Shown one piece after another: positions 46,695-56,138 of a DNA stretch of 64,000 nt. The stretch's first letter is position 1, and every line of letters begins with the position of its first letter. The notes below the pieces were generated by a model. That model made no database searches. It saw nothing but the letters and a program-made list of their open reading frames with translations, and had not been told where the DNA came from. The DNA is taken from NCBI GenBank assembly GCA_030018265.1, contig JASEFX010000002.1, forward strand, positions 45,506-109,505, in the 5' to 3' direction. Position numbers and translations under genes: made by a program. Source of the DNA: Candidatus Saccharicenans sp. Lineage in GTDB: Bacteria > Acidobacteriota > Aminicenantia > Aminicenantales > Saccharicenantaceae.

Positions 46695-49600
46695 TTATCT
46701 CACATAAATTTCATCAAAAAGCATCCAGGCTTTTTGTCCGGCGTTCCGGAAGCCGTCAGGAACAACGCCCGCGTTTACAGCTTTGATGCGAACAAACCTG
46801 GCCCCGGACCCCCGGAGTGAGACATAAAGGGATTTAATCCCGGCCGACCCGGGTTTTTCCGGCAATGGAAATTCCTTCTCGGCCGCTTTTTCAAACTTCC
46901 GCCCGTCAACCGACAATTCCACGACTACCTTAACCGGCAGGAAAATCCGGGCGTTATGATTTTCAAAGCAGCTGAGCTCAAGTTCATAGAGGTCAAGTTT
47001 GCGGCCGAGATCCAGAACCACCTCCAGATCGTTTCCTTCATATCCCTGCCAGGCTGGATCTCTGGCCTCAGCACGCGCTTTAACCAGATCAACAAGCGTT
47101 TTTTCTGCGGCCGCTCCTGGCCTGGAAGGAGACGGAGCGCTGAAGTAGATAATATCTTCTACCGGATAGGAATGGCTGTAATAAGCAGCGGCTACCGGGC
47201 TCGGCTGACGTTTCGGATGAAAAGCCATCGCTTTGAGAACTGCTGTTCCTTTGATCGTAATCGGTCCCTGATAGACTGGAGATTTCTCCGTCGGCTCGCT
47301 GCCGTCGAGCGTGTAGCGAATTTCCGTTTCCTCCAGCGGCACCGAAACGGTCACGCTGGCCGGTTCTGACGGACTGACATAGGCTTTCTCAGGATTGATC
47401 ACCGGAGCCGGAACCACCGCCCATCTTTCGTAATCAGCCGGGTCCCTCTCCAGAACGTCAAAAAGTTGACTGACCGCCTGGCTGGCATCGTTCTCGTTTC
47501 TGGCAACGCTCATGGCGAGAATTTTGATCCTCGGATTTGAAGGAAGCGTAACTTCACGCACGCCAGCAGGCAGGTCAAAAGCATACTTGAACACATAACC
47601 ATATATGTAAGGCTCATTTCCTTCTGCTGGATGATGCAGATGGGTCGTGAAGAAAGCCACGTTGTCCTGTCTGGTGTAACCTGGAACCACGCCGGTATAA
47701 GTATATTTCTCGCGGTCAAAATCGATGCTGGCGGCCGGTCCTTCAGCCCAGGTCCGGTTGTCCCACTGGCCGATAAAACCTGACCAGAAAGCCACCGAAA
47801 TTTCAACCGGCGTCTGACCGATCCGGAATTCGCCTTTCTGATTTTTTTCCGATGCCGCCGCCAGGATATACAGGCGGTTGTAATCGCCCCCGGGGAGGGT
47901 AATAACCTGTCCCTGGCAGGCTACGGCGTTTTTAGCACCGTCTTCCTTCGGTCCAAGCTCAAATTTTACGCTGTCAACGACGATGGAATCAGGAGTCAAC
48001 TCAGCTGGATAAGTGCGGTGGTCAGCATCAAAAGAACCGTCGTTTCTGTTGTGATCATAGCTGAAGATGTCCAGGTTATAAGGAAGCTTTACGGGAGAAG
48101 ACTGTGGAAGTTCCAGCCTGGTGGCCGGTACCTGAAGTTTCAGAGCAAAAGTCTTAATACCGTACGGATTCAGGTCAAAAATAACACGGCCATCTTTCAC
48201 CTGAGCCGGACCTATCTCTTCTTCCACCCCGTTTACTTCCCTGGCGGAAACCACTGGAGCGATGAAGGAAAGCGAGACCTTCTTCAGACTCTTTCCGGTC
48301 GTTTCTACCAGCCGGATGATCACTTCATCCGAGTTTTCCGCCTTTTTCACGGCAGAAATCCTGATACTTTCGTCGCTCAAACGGAGAAAAGACAGGCTGC
48401 GACCGAACCTGCCCTCACGGGGAACGGTCTGAAATGCCAGCAGCGGCTGATTCAGACGCAGTGCCTGCTCAACGGTACTTCCCTGGCGCCAGTCTCCCTG
48501 ATGTCCGTAAATAGCATAAAGAATTTCGTGGCGTCCAAAATCCTGGGTGGCCTGCTCTCCGGGCCAGGAACGCACTCCTGGAGTGTAAAGAAGCGTCAGT
48601 CTCAGCATATTATCGGACGGTTTGTCTGAACCGTACTTGCAATCCTCCAGGATCGAGACGCCGTAGCTGCCGCTCTTATCAGTCAGGTCGAACCAGAGGT
48701 GTGAAGGCACTTCAAACTTTTTCGGGTCGTTGTTGCCGCGCTGCACCGTCCCGAGACCCCAGCTGTAAGTGGCCAGCGGGTTGGAAACGGTCAGAGGAAA
48801 GGCCGCTTTCAGGGAAGATTCTCTCGTCGCCCAGTCTATCTGGTTGAAAAACTCAACCCGGTCTCCGGCACTCCCGGCCGCCAGTCTGACCACCTGAACG
48901 AACCGGGAACCCCGGGTTTCCCTCTCTATCTCCACCGCCACTCTGGCAGGCCCGTTCTCGACCACCCTGATTTTTGCCGGGCCTGATACATAGCCGGATG
49001 GAGGCTTCATCCGGTCTTCCCAGTCCATATTCCAGGCCGGCCACTGCTGCGGCTTTTCGTAATGAAACGACAGCCGGGCAGCTGAAGCGAGAATTTCTCG
49101 CCCAGCTTTTTTATCGTAAATGCTGGAGACATCACCATCTCTGTTAATCTTCACCACATACCGGCTGTTTTCCACCACTTCCGGACTAACTTTAAGGCCA
49201 GTGTTAATACGGCAGGGTTCAGACGACGGTCTGAGGTCATAAACGGCAAAACCCAGCGAAGGAACTTTCGCCAGAAAAACAAATTTTATTTTCTGGCCTT
49301 TTCTCTCGATAACCTGGGAGGGAAATTCCATTCCATCAGGACCAAAAATCCTTATGAACTCGGCAGAGTCGGGAAGCGTAATTTCGGCTTCGACCGCATC
49401 CTCCCGATCAAAGGTCAGCGGATTATAGACAACCAGCGGGAGGCCGCTTACTCTCGTATCCAGCATTCTGATAACCGCTCCGGCTGCATCTTTGAGCACG
49501 CTGCTGAACTGGTTGGCTGCCAGCACCTCATCGTTCCAGGAAAATTCGTAAGCTCTGGGAATGCTCGTTCCGGGGAGAATATCATGAAACTGAGCGCCGA

Positions 49601-50711
49601 GAACCAGGCGCCAGGCCTCATTGATTTTTTCCCGGTTGTAGACAGCACCGCCGAGCCAGTCAGCCAGCACCGCAGCCGCCTCCGCCGAATATCCGAGAAA
49701 CTCATTCTTGCGGTTCCAGCGTTTCATCGCGGCCTGCGAAGTGATGGACCCGGCCGAATGATTGGTCAGCAAAAATTCTCCGGTGTAAATAGGCAGTTTC
49801 TTTTTCTGGGCTTCGTTCAGACTGTTGAAAAATTCATCCGCCTTAGCCGGGACCACTTTCAGGTCGGATTGCTGGCTGCTCTGAATGCTCAGCTCGAGAT
49901 TCTTGACGGAATTTTCGTCAGGTGCTCCACCGACATCACCTGTTCCAAAGTACATATAATCGGCAAAAACTCCGTATTTCTGTCCGTTTTCGTTTACTCT
50001 GAGCCTCCAGGTCTGGTTCTGAGTAAGATCGCCGGTAATCTTTCCGGTGTAATCCCCCGGGTTGAGCGCCGCCGCCACATACTGACCGTCAGGACCGTAC
50101 CAGACTCCGATGTTGAAGGGGATGCCAACAGCCGACCCCCAGCTGAGCTTCTGGGTGGAAAAGCCCTTCAAACCGCAGTGAGCCAGGATTGAGGGCAGCG
50201 AGGCCGGGAAACCGAAGCAATCGGGCAACATGTACTCCTTGCTGCTGAAACCGAATTCCTTCTTAAAAAACTCTGTGCCGTAAAGTATCTGCCTGATTAT
50301 AGATTCAAAAGAAGGAGCCATCACGTCGTTTTCTTCCATCGAAGAACCGGACGGGAACCAGCGTCCGGCTGCCACGTATTTTTTTACCATTTGATACTGT
50401 TCCGGATAATATTCCTTCATCATCAGGTAACGATTGGCTCCGCTGAAATTAAACACATAATTCGGATACTTCTCAAAAAGGGCAAAATTGTCCACCATAG
50501 TGTTCCAGATGTATTCTTTTATCGTCTTCTGGTAATCCCACCGCCACTGGGTATCGAGATGAGCGTAACCAACCGTGAACAGCACTTTTTCCCGGCTCAG
50601 GTCGTATTTACTCCGGGAAAAACCGATTCCGTTTAAAAGGATCAACCAGCCTGAAATTAAAACAACCGAAAAAATCATCATCTTTTTCAACTGAAGAAAC
50701 CTTTGACACAT
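46695..50711 (-). CDS. GH38 alpha-mannosidase with C-terminal accessory domains (chitobiase-C-like Ig domain and discoidin/F5-8 type C-like domain)
   Basis: 1338 aa with a signal/anchor. It has GH38 motifs (VGYAHLDTQWRWDY, QFHDILPGTSI), a C-terminal YTLDGSEPTEKSPVYQGPITIKGTAVLKA segment and a final ~150-aa discoidin-like segment. Confidence 0.8.
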   Translation of the reverse strand: MCQRFLQLKKMMIFSVVLISGWLILLNGIGFSRSKYDLSREKVLFTVGYAHLDTQWRWDYQKTIKEYIWNTMVDNFALFEKYPNYVFNFSGANRYLMMKEYYPEQYQMVKKYVAAGRWFPSGSSMEENDVMAPSFESIIRQILYGTEFFKKEFGFSSKEYMLPDCFGFPASLPSILAHCGLKGFSTQKLSWGSAVGIPFNIGVWYGPDGQYVAAALNPGDYTGKITGDLTQNQTWRLRVNENGQKYGVFADYMYFGTGDVGGAPDENSVKNLELSIQSSQQSDLKVVPAKADEFFNSLNEAQKKKLPIYTGEFLLTNHSAGSITSQAAMKRWNRKNEFLGYSAEAAAVLADWLGGAVYNREKINEAWRLVLGAQFHDILPGTSIPRAYEFSWNDEVLAANQFSSVLKDAAGAVIRMLDTRVSGLPLVVYNPLTFDREDAVEAEITLPDSAEFIRIFGPDGMEFPSQVIERKGQKIKFVFLAKVPSLGFAVYDLRPSSEPCRINTGLKVSPEVVENSRYVVKINRDGDVSSIYDKKAGREILASAARLSFHYEKPQQWPAWNMDWEDRMKPPSGYVSGPAKIRVVENGPARVAVEIERETRGSRFVQVVRLAAGSAGDRVEFFNQIDWATRESSLKAAFPLTVSNPLATYSWGLGTVQRGNNDPKKFEVPSHLWFDLTDKSGSYGVSILEDCKYGSDKPSDNMLRLTLLYTPGVRSWPGEQATQDFGRHEILYAIYGHQGDWRQGSTVEQALRLNQPLLAFQTVPREGRFGRSLSFLRLSDESIRISAVKKAENSDEVIIRLVETTGKSLKKVSLSFIAPVVSAREVNGVEEEIGPAQVKDGRVIFDLNPYGIKTFALKLQVPATRLELPQSSPVKLPYNLDIFSYDHNRNDGSFDADHRTYPAELTPDSIVVDSVKFELGPKEDGAKNAVACQGQVITLPGGDYNRLYILAAASEKNQKGEFRIGQTPVEISVAFWSGFIGQWDNRTWAEGPAASIDFDREKYTYTGVVPGYTRQDNVAFFTTHLHHPAEGNEPYIYGYVFKYAFDLPAGVREVTLPSNPRIKILAMSVARNENDASQAVSQLFDVLERDPADYERWAVVPAPVINPEKAYVSPSEPASVTVSVPLEETEIRYTLDGSEPTEKSPVYQGPITIKGTAVLKAMAFHPKRQPSPVAAAYYSHSYPVEDIIYFSAPSPSRPGAAAEKTLVDLVKARAEARDPAWQGYEGNDLEVVLDLGRKLDLYELELSCFENHNARIFLPVKVVVELSVDGRKFEKAAEKEFPLPEKPGSAGIKSLYVSLRGSGARFVRIKAVNAGVVPDGFRNAGQKAWMLFDEIYVR

Positions 50712-50898
50712 GGCTGTGCTCCTCTCTTTATTATCGATATGAACAAATAAAAATTAATCTTTTTACCATAAATGTGTCAATCGACCGCAGACGAAAAACG
50801 TGCCTCCAGACCGAACAAATCGTCACGGTCTTACACACATTGTCTCGCACAGAAACAAAACTTTGAAAACTGAAATAGTTTTTTGAGTTCAGATTTTT

Positions 50899-52212
50899 TC
50901 AGTCGTAGTATTCCAGCCCGAGATGAGTGATCAGCTCTTCGCCTCTCATGTAGCGCAGGGTGTTTTTAAGCTTCATCAGCTGGATGAAAAGGTCATGTTC
51001 CGGATAGAGCTCGGGGGCGCACATCGGAGATTTGAAATAAAAACTCAGCCATTCCTGAATTCCGCGGAAACCGGCCCTCTGGGCCAGGTCGATGAAAAGA
51101 ACCAGGTCGAGCACCACCGGCGCTGCCAGAATGCTGTCACGGCAGAGGAAGTTGATTTTTATCTGCATCGGATAACCCAGCCAGCCGAAAATGTCGATGT
51201 TATCCCAGCTTTCCTTATTGTCTCCGCGCGGCGGATAGTAATTGATGCGAACTTTATGATAATAATTTCCGTAAAGCTCTGGATAGAGCTCGGGCTGGAG
51301 GATGTACTCAAGAACGCTCAGCTTGCTCTCTTCTTTCGTCTTAAAAGATTCAGGATCATCCAGCACCTCGCCATCACGATTGCCCAGAATATTCGTGGAG
51401 AACCAGCCGTTCAGACCCAGCAGCCGGGCTTTCAGACCGGGAGCGATGATGGTTTTCATCAGGGTCTGGCCGGTTTTGAAGTCCTTTCCGGCAATCGGCA
51501 CATTATTGGCTTTAGCCAGTTCCACCATCGCCGGGATATCAACTGTTAAGCTGGGCGCGCCGTTGACAAACGGAACTCCCGATTTTATGGCGGCATAAGC
51601 ATAGATCATGCTCGGAGCTATGGCCGGATGGTTTTCTTTCATAGCTTTTTCCAGCGCCTCGACTGATTGATGCACCGGATCAGGCTTTAAATAAACTTCA
51701 GTGCTGGCACACCAGATCATCACCAGCCGCTTCAGGGAATTCTCTTCCTTGAATTTTCTGATATCTTCCATCAGCTGAAGGGCCAGGTCGTATTTCGTGG
51801 CTCCGGACTTTTTGTTTGGTCCGTCGAGTTTTTTCACGTAATTTTTATCAAACACCGCCGGAAGCGGCTTTATCTTTTCCATCTCTTCCCTGACAGGCTC
51901 CAGATGCTCTTTTCTCAGAACCCCGGCCTTAAGGGCAGCTTCGTAGGCGTTGTCGGGGAAAATATCCCAGCCGGTAAACACCAGGTCATCCAGCTCGGCC
52001 AGCTCCACAAAATCTTTTATCCTGGGAACGCGTTTTTCCGTCCTCTTCCCGAGCCTGATCGTCCCCATCTGGGTAAGAGAACCGAAGGGGCGACCGAGAC
52101 CTTTCCTCACCAGAAGAACGCCGGCGATGAAGGTGGTAGCCACTGCCCCGAGTCCGGGTATCATCACCCCGAGCTTGCCTTCGGGTTTTTTAATTTCAAT
52201 TTTCTTCTCCAT
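50899..52212 (-). CDS. ino1: inositol-3-phosphate synthase (myo-inositol-1-phosphate synthase)
   Basis: 437 aa with an N-terminal NAD-binding loop (MIPGLGAVATTFIAGV). It has family-typical segments (FTGWDIF, NGAPSLTVD, DFKTGQTLMKT) and a C-terminal LGLEYYD. Confidence 0.8.
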   Translation of the reverse strand: MEKKIEIKKPEGKLGVMIPGLGAVATTFIAGVLLVRKGLGRPFGSLTQMGTIRLGKRTEKRVPRIKDFVELAELDDLVFTGWDIFPDNAYEAALKAGVLRKEHLEPVREEMEKIKPLPAVFDKNYVKKLDGPNKKSGATKYDLALQLMEDIRKFKEENSLKRLVMIWCASTEVYLKPDPVHQSVEALEKAMKENHPAIAPSMIYAYAAIKSGVPFVNGAPSLTVDIPAMVELAKANNVPIAGKDFKTGQTLMKTIIAPGLKARLLGLNGWFSTNILGNRDGEVLDDPESFKTKEESKLSVLEYILQPELYPELYGNYYHKVRINYYPPRGDNKESWDNIDIFGWLGYPMQIKINFLCRDSILAAPVVLDLVLFIDLAQRAGFRGIQEWLSFYFKSPMCAPELYPEHDLFIQLMKLKNTLRYMRGEELITHLGLEYYD

Positions 52213-52498
52213 CTTTAACTCCTTTCTATAAGCTCTTTAATAAAAGTTATGAGCATTTTCATATCATTGTGTTTTTAAGCTTATCACATTGATTTCTCCC
52301 CTTCAAGAAAAGGGTTTTTTAAAGTCTCTCCAGATTGCTGACTGACAATTCCAGAAAATTAAAATTTTCTCTTTACCGCTCATTGTGAGTTTCAACTATG
52401 TAACCACCAGCCGGATGCGGTAAACTCAGGGTTTAGCCTCCTGGAAGCCAGTTTCCTTATTTGATTTATTCCAGGGAAAAAATTATAATTTTCGGGCA

Positions 52499-53140
52499 AT
52501 GGTGAAATATGAAAATAGAGGATTCCGCTTACTGCCGAAAAAATTAATCATTTTCGTTCTGGAAATTTTCGACCGTTTTTCCCTGCTGCTGGTAAAATTT
52601 AAGCTCCATCCAAACGTCCTCAGTTTTCTGGGACTGGTTGCGGGCCTTATGGTTGGTCTATTTTTTGCCCTCGGGAACTGGGATGCGGCGCTGGTATTCC
52701 TGCTGCTCTGTGGAATTCTGGACATTCTCGACGGCAAGGTTGCCAGTAACAGCAACCGCCGCTCAATTTTTGGAGCGGTTCTTGACTCCAGTCTCGACCG
52801 CTATTCAGAATTTGCCATCTATTTAGGGCTGGGTTTTTATTTCCGCCATCACTGGATCCTCTGGGTGCTGGCTCTGGCTTTCCTCGGCTCCACCATGGTC
52901 AGCTACACCAAAGCCAGAGCTGAAAGTCTCGGAATAAATTGCCAGCTGGGAATCATGCAACGAGCCGAGAGAATGGTGCTTCTGATTCTCGGCACTCTCC
53001 TGACACTGATTATCGGCCACAGGGAAGTGGTGATGGCCGTCGTCATCATCTTCCTGGCGGCTGTTTCCAACCTGACAGCGATTCAGAGAATTCTCCACGT
53101 CTACCGTACTGAAAAGGAGAAACAGACCTCCACTGAATGA
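52499..53140 (+). CDS. CDP-alcohol phosphatidyltransferase (candidate phosphatidylinositol-phosphate synthase)
   Basis: 213-aa membrane protein with the signature D-x2-DG-x2-A[S]-x8-G-x3-D-x3-D (DILDGKVASNSNRRSIFGAVLDSSLD). It is divergently adjacent to the inositol-3-phosphate synthase. Confidence 0.75.
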   Translation: MVKYENRGFRLLPKKLIIFVLEIFDRFSLLLVKFKLHPNVLSFLGLVAGLMVGLFFALGNWDAALVFLLLCGILDILDGKVASNSNRRSIFGAVLDSSLDRYSEFAIYLGLGFYFRHHWILWVLALAFLGSTMVSYTKARAESLGINCQLGIMQRAERMVLLILGTLLTLIIGHREVVMAVVIIFLAAVSNLTAIQRILHVYRTEKEKQTSTE

Positions 53141-53169
53141 GCTTTTCCTGCTGAATTATTATATGGAAA

Positions 53170-54501
53170 TTATTTCTCAGGAGTCTTTTTCCCTGAAGCC
53201 TTGATTTCGGCCTTTCTCTTCTTAACCCATCCCGGCTTCTGAACCTGCCGGGCGCGGGCGATGGCCAGCGCTCCAGGTTTGACGTTCTCGGTAATGGTGG
53301 AACCGGCAGCTATGTAAGCTCCCCGCCCCACCCTGACCGGAGCTACAAGCTCTGTGCCCGAGCCTATGAAAGCCTCTCGTCCGATAAAAGTTTTATGCTT
53401 GCGCATCCCGTCATAATTGCAGGTTATCGTGCCGGCTCCGACGTTAACATCATCATCCACCCTGGCATCTCCCAGATAACTCAGATGCATCGCTTTCGAC
53501 CGGCGACCGAAAAGCGTCTTTTTCATTTCCACAAAATTTCCCACCCGACTTCCACGCCGCAATCTGGTCTCCGGCCGCAGACGGGAAAAGGGGCCAACCT
53601 GAACTTCATCTTCGATTGTGCTTCCTTCCATCACCGTCGCTCCGAAAACCTTAACCCCGTGGCCGATTCTGCTGTTAATTATGTGGCAGTGAGGATAGAT
53701 TAAACAGTCGCGTCCGATTCGACTTTTACCTTCAACCACCACCCAGGGATAGATGACCGTGCCCCTGCCCACTTTGACTTCGGGATCGATCCAGACCGCG
53801 CCGGGGTCCAGGAAAAAAACTCCGCCTTTCTCAAGTTCAGCGATTTTCAGGTTTCTAAGATGAGTGGCCAGTCTGGCAAAATCTCCCGGGGCACTTATCT
53901 GAAGAAAACCGCGGCGGTCGGCTTCTTCCATCCAGTAAAAACCGAGTTTTCTTTCCTCAGACCAGGCCGCTTCCACCAGCCCTACCACATCAAGCTCCCC
54001 GCCCGGCTTAAAAGGACGCGCTCGCCTCAGCCATTTCTGGCCACCGCTGGCCTTGAGCACGGCCAGACCCGGATAGACAAAATAATCTTCTCCGGATCCA
54101 CCGTTTTCAGGCGTCAGTTTTTCTCCTGTGAGCGTCAGGTCATTTCCCGATTTCCGGTGGAATTTAAGAACCTTCCTGATCAGGTCGGGCTGCAGGGGAA
54201 AAAATTCTCGCGTCATTATGATCAAATCGCAGGCCGCCGGCTTTCCGCTGACTTTTTCCATTAGGACAGCCACCGGAGCGCCAAGAAGTTCTTCGGGGAT
54301 TATATTTATCTTCTTACTTTTAATCCACTTTTCCTCTGCTTCCCCGACAGCAGCCAGAACTATCATCTCCGGTCTGAAATTCAGCCAGAAGCCAACCAGA
54401 TAATCATTTACAGCGGAGGGAGAGAGAAGCGAAGGCAGCCTGTCTTTCTGTAAACCCGACCCGTCCAGGCCTGCGGCCAGAATCAAAAGCTTATTTCTCA
54501 T
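53170..54501 (-). CDS. glmU: GlmU-like protein: divergent nucleotidyltransferase domain plus left-handed beta-helix acetyltransferase domain
   Basis: 443 aa. The C-terminal hexapeptide-repeat region and tail (GAYIAAGSTITENVKPGALAIARARQVQKPGW) look like GlmU. The N-terminal loop reads LILAAGLDGSGLQKD instead of the usual LAAGKGTRM. Confidence 0.6.
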   Translation of the reverse strand: MRNKLLILAAGLDGSGLQKDRLPSLLSPSAVNDYLVGFWLNFRPEMIVLAAVGEAEEKWIKSKKINIIPEELLGAPVAVLMEKVSGKPAACDLIIMTREFFPLQPDLIRKVLKFHRKSGNDLTLTGEKLTPENGGSGEDYFVYPGLAVLKASGGQKWLRRARPFKPGGELDVVGLVEAAWSEERKLGFYWMEEADRRGFLQISAPGDFARLATHLRNLKIAELEKGGVFFLDPGAVWIDPEVKVGRGTVIYPWVVVEGKSRIGRDCLIYPHCHIINSRIGHGVKVFGATVMEGSTIEDEVQVGPFSRLRPETRLRRGSRVGNFVEMKKTLFGRRSKAMHLSYLGDARVDDDVNVGAGTITCNYDGMRKHKTFIGREAFIGSGTELVAPVRVGRGAYIAAGSTITENVKPGALAIARARQVQKPGWVKKRKAEIKASGKKTPEK

Positions 54502-55001
54502 GAAAAGGTTACCAGAACCTTAAACCTTTTATCTCCCCAGATCGGCTCAAAATCGGATTCATTCTGAGCCATGATGGCCAGGGATCTGTCTTTTTGAATC
54601 GCTTTTTTCAGGGCTTCCAGAGCTTCATCCACCTGGCCGCTCTGGACGTAAGCTATAGCCATCATATAATAAACTTTTGCTTCCTCTTTTTTCAACTCGA
54701 GAGCTTTCTCCAGAAGTTTTAAGGCCCCCTGATAATCACCCTGGTTGATTCTCATCTGACCATAAAAAAGGTAATCTTCAATCGTCCTGGGAGAAATTGA
54801 TTCCCTTTTCTGCCCTCTTTCACAGATGGTAATATAAACACGAGCCCTGTCAACCAGTTCATATTCCTGAGGATAGCTTTCCAGCAATTCCTTGAAACGG
54901 GCAAGGGCGGCTTCATGATTGCCCTTGCGGAATTCTTTTATAGCCTGACCGTAGAGGGCCAGCGCTTTCTGATAATCATCTTTTCTTCTGGCTTCGCTCA
55001 C
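54498..55001 (-). CDS. TPR repeat protein
   Basis: 167 aa with about four TPR-like helix pairs. Its stop overlaps the start of the GlmU-like gene (ATGA). Confidence 0.7.
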   Translation of the reverse strand: MSEARRKDDYQKALALYGQAIKEFRKGNHEAALARFKELLESYPQEYELVDRARVYITICERGQKRESISPRTIEDYLFYGQMRINQGDYQGALKLLEKALELKKEEAKVYYMMAIAYVQSGQVDEALEALKKAIQKDRSLAIMAQNESDFEPIWGDKRFKVLVTFS

Positions 55002-55294
55002 TGCTGTCTCCTGCTCATTCTAACTTAAGTTTTTGCTATTTTACAATATAGATAGCCATTAATCAAGCAAACCGGATAAGCTCAGGTCTCTGTCCCTGAG
55101 AAAACCGCAAGCTGCCGACAGAACCCCTCTCTGTTCATATCAAACGAGTCCCCGGCTTAGTCTTAACGTGGAGATAACCTCCTCTGAGATTCGCTCTAAG
55201 ATTTCTCCAATAAAAAACTAAACCGCCCCCGCAAGAGGCCGCAAACTTTCCGGCGCAGGGTGGCAAAACCCGGAATTTATGCTAAAATTAATGC

Positions 55295-56038
55295 GTGAAG
55301 GCGCTTCTTACGGAAATACTGGAAAAGCTTTATCAGAAAGAAATCACTCCTGAGGAAGCGCTGGAAAAGCTCACTCACTTCCCCTACCAGGACCTGGGTT
55401 TTGCCAAGGTGGACCATTCCCGCGAACTGCGCAAGGGAGCTCCGGAAGTCATCTTCGGTCAGGGAAAATCCCCCGAACAGATCATAAAAATCGCTTCAGC
55501 CATTCTTAAAAAAGGCAGTAATCTGCTGATTACCCGGCTTCCTTCCGAAGTTTACAAAAAAATAAAACCCAGGCTGAAAAAAGGCGACTACCATCCTCTG
55601 GCAAGGTGTCTGACTGTTATTAATTCCAGACCGGCCGAAGGCCGCGGACGGATAGCAGTCATCTCGGCCGGAACTTCCGACATCCCTGTGGCCGAAGAAG
55701 CAGCTCTTACAGCCGAATTTTTTGGCAATTCAGTCGATCGCATTTACGACGTCGGAGTGGCCGGTTTGCACCGATTGCTCGGGCATTATGAAACAATAAG
55801 GGAAGCCAGGGTTCTGGTGGTGGTAGCTGGAATGGAAGGGGCGCTGCCCAGTGTCGTGGCCGGACTCTTCCGGGCACCGGTAATCGCCGTCCCTACCAGC
55901 GTCGGCTATGGAGCAAACTTCCAGGGATTATCAGCCCTTCTGGCAATGCTAAATTCATGCCCCGGCGGTGTGGCCGTGGTGAACATAGATAACGGTTTCG
56001 GCGCGGGATATCTGGCCAGTTTGATAAACCATCTATGA
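55295..56038 (+). CDS. larB: LarB-like (PurE-fold) nickel-pincer cofactor biosynthesis carboxylase/hydrolase
   Basis: 247 aa with a GTG start. It has a C-terminal PurE-like region (RIAVISAGTSDIPVAEEA...VVVAGMEGALPSVVAG...PVIAVPTSVGYG) and the N-terminal extension typical of LarB. Confidence 0.7.
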   Translation: MKALLTEILEKLYQKEITPEEALEKLTHFPYQDLGFAKVDHSRELRKGAPEVIFGQGKSPEQIIKIASAILKKGSNLLITRLPSEVYKKIKPRLKKGDYHPLARCLTVINSRPAEGRGRIAVISAGTSDIPVAEEAALTAEFFGNSVDRIYDVGVAGLHRLLGHYETIREARVLVVVAGMEGALPSVVAGLFRAPVIAVPTSVGYGANFQGLSALLAMLNSCPGGVAVVNIDNGFGAGYLASLINHL

Positions 56039-56079
56039 CTTTACTGATGGAAAAAAACAAATTTTCTCCGGGGGGTTGC

Positions 56080-56108
56080 TTGACAATTGCCGGGGGCAAA
56101 CCTATTTT
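56080..56108 (+). promoter_or_regulatory. candidate sigma70 promoter upstream of dnaG
   Basis: TTGACA-N17-TATTTT, about 30 nt upstream of the dnaG ATG. Coordinates were hand-derived (+/-1). Confidence 0.45.
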
Positions 56109-56138
56109 ATATGAGTCAAACCAATCCTGAATAGCCTG

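Noticed and set aside
52299-52320. A CCCTT-caagaa-AAGGG-TTTTTT hairpin lies in the divergent MIPS / CDP-alcohol transferase spacer.
   Set aside because: The stem is only 5 bp, and there is no upstream plus-strand transcription unit to terminate. It is too weak to call a terminator or an sRNA.
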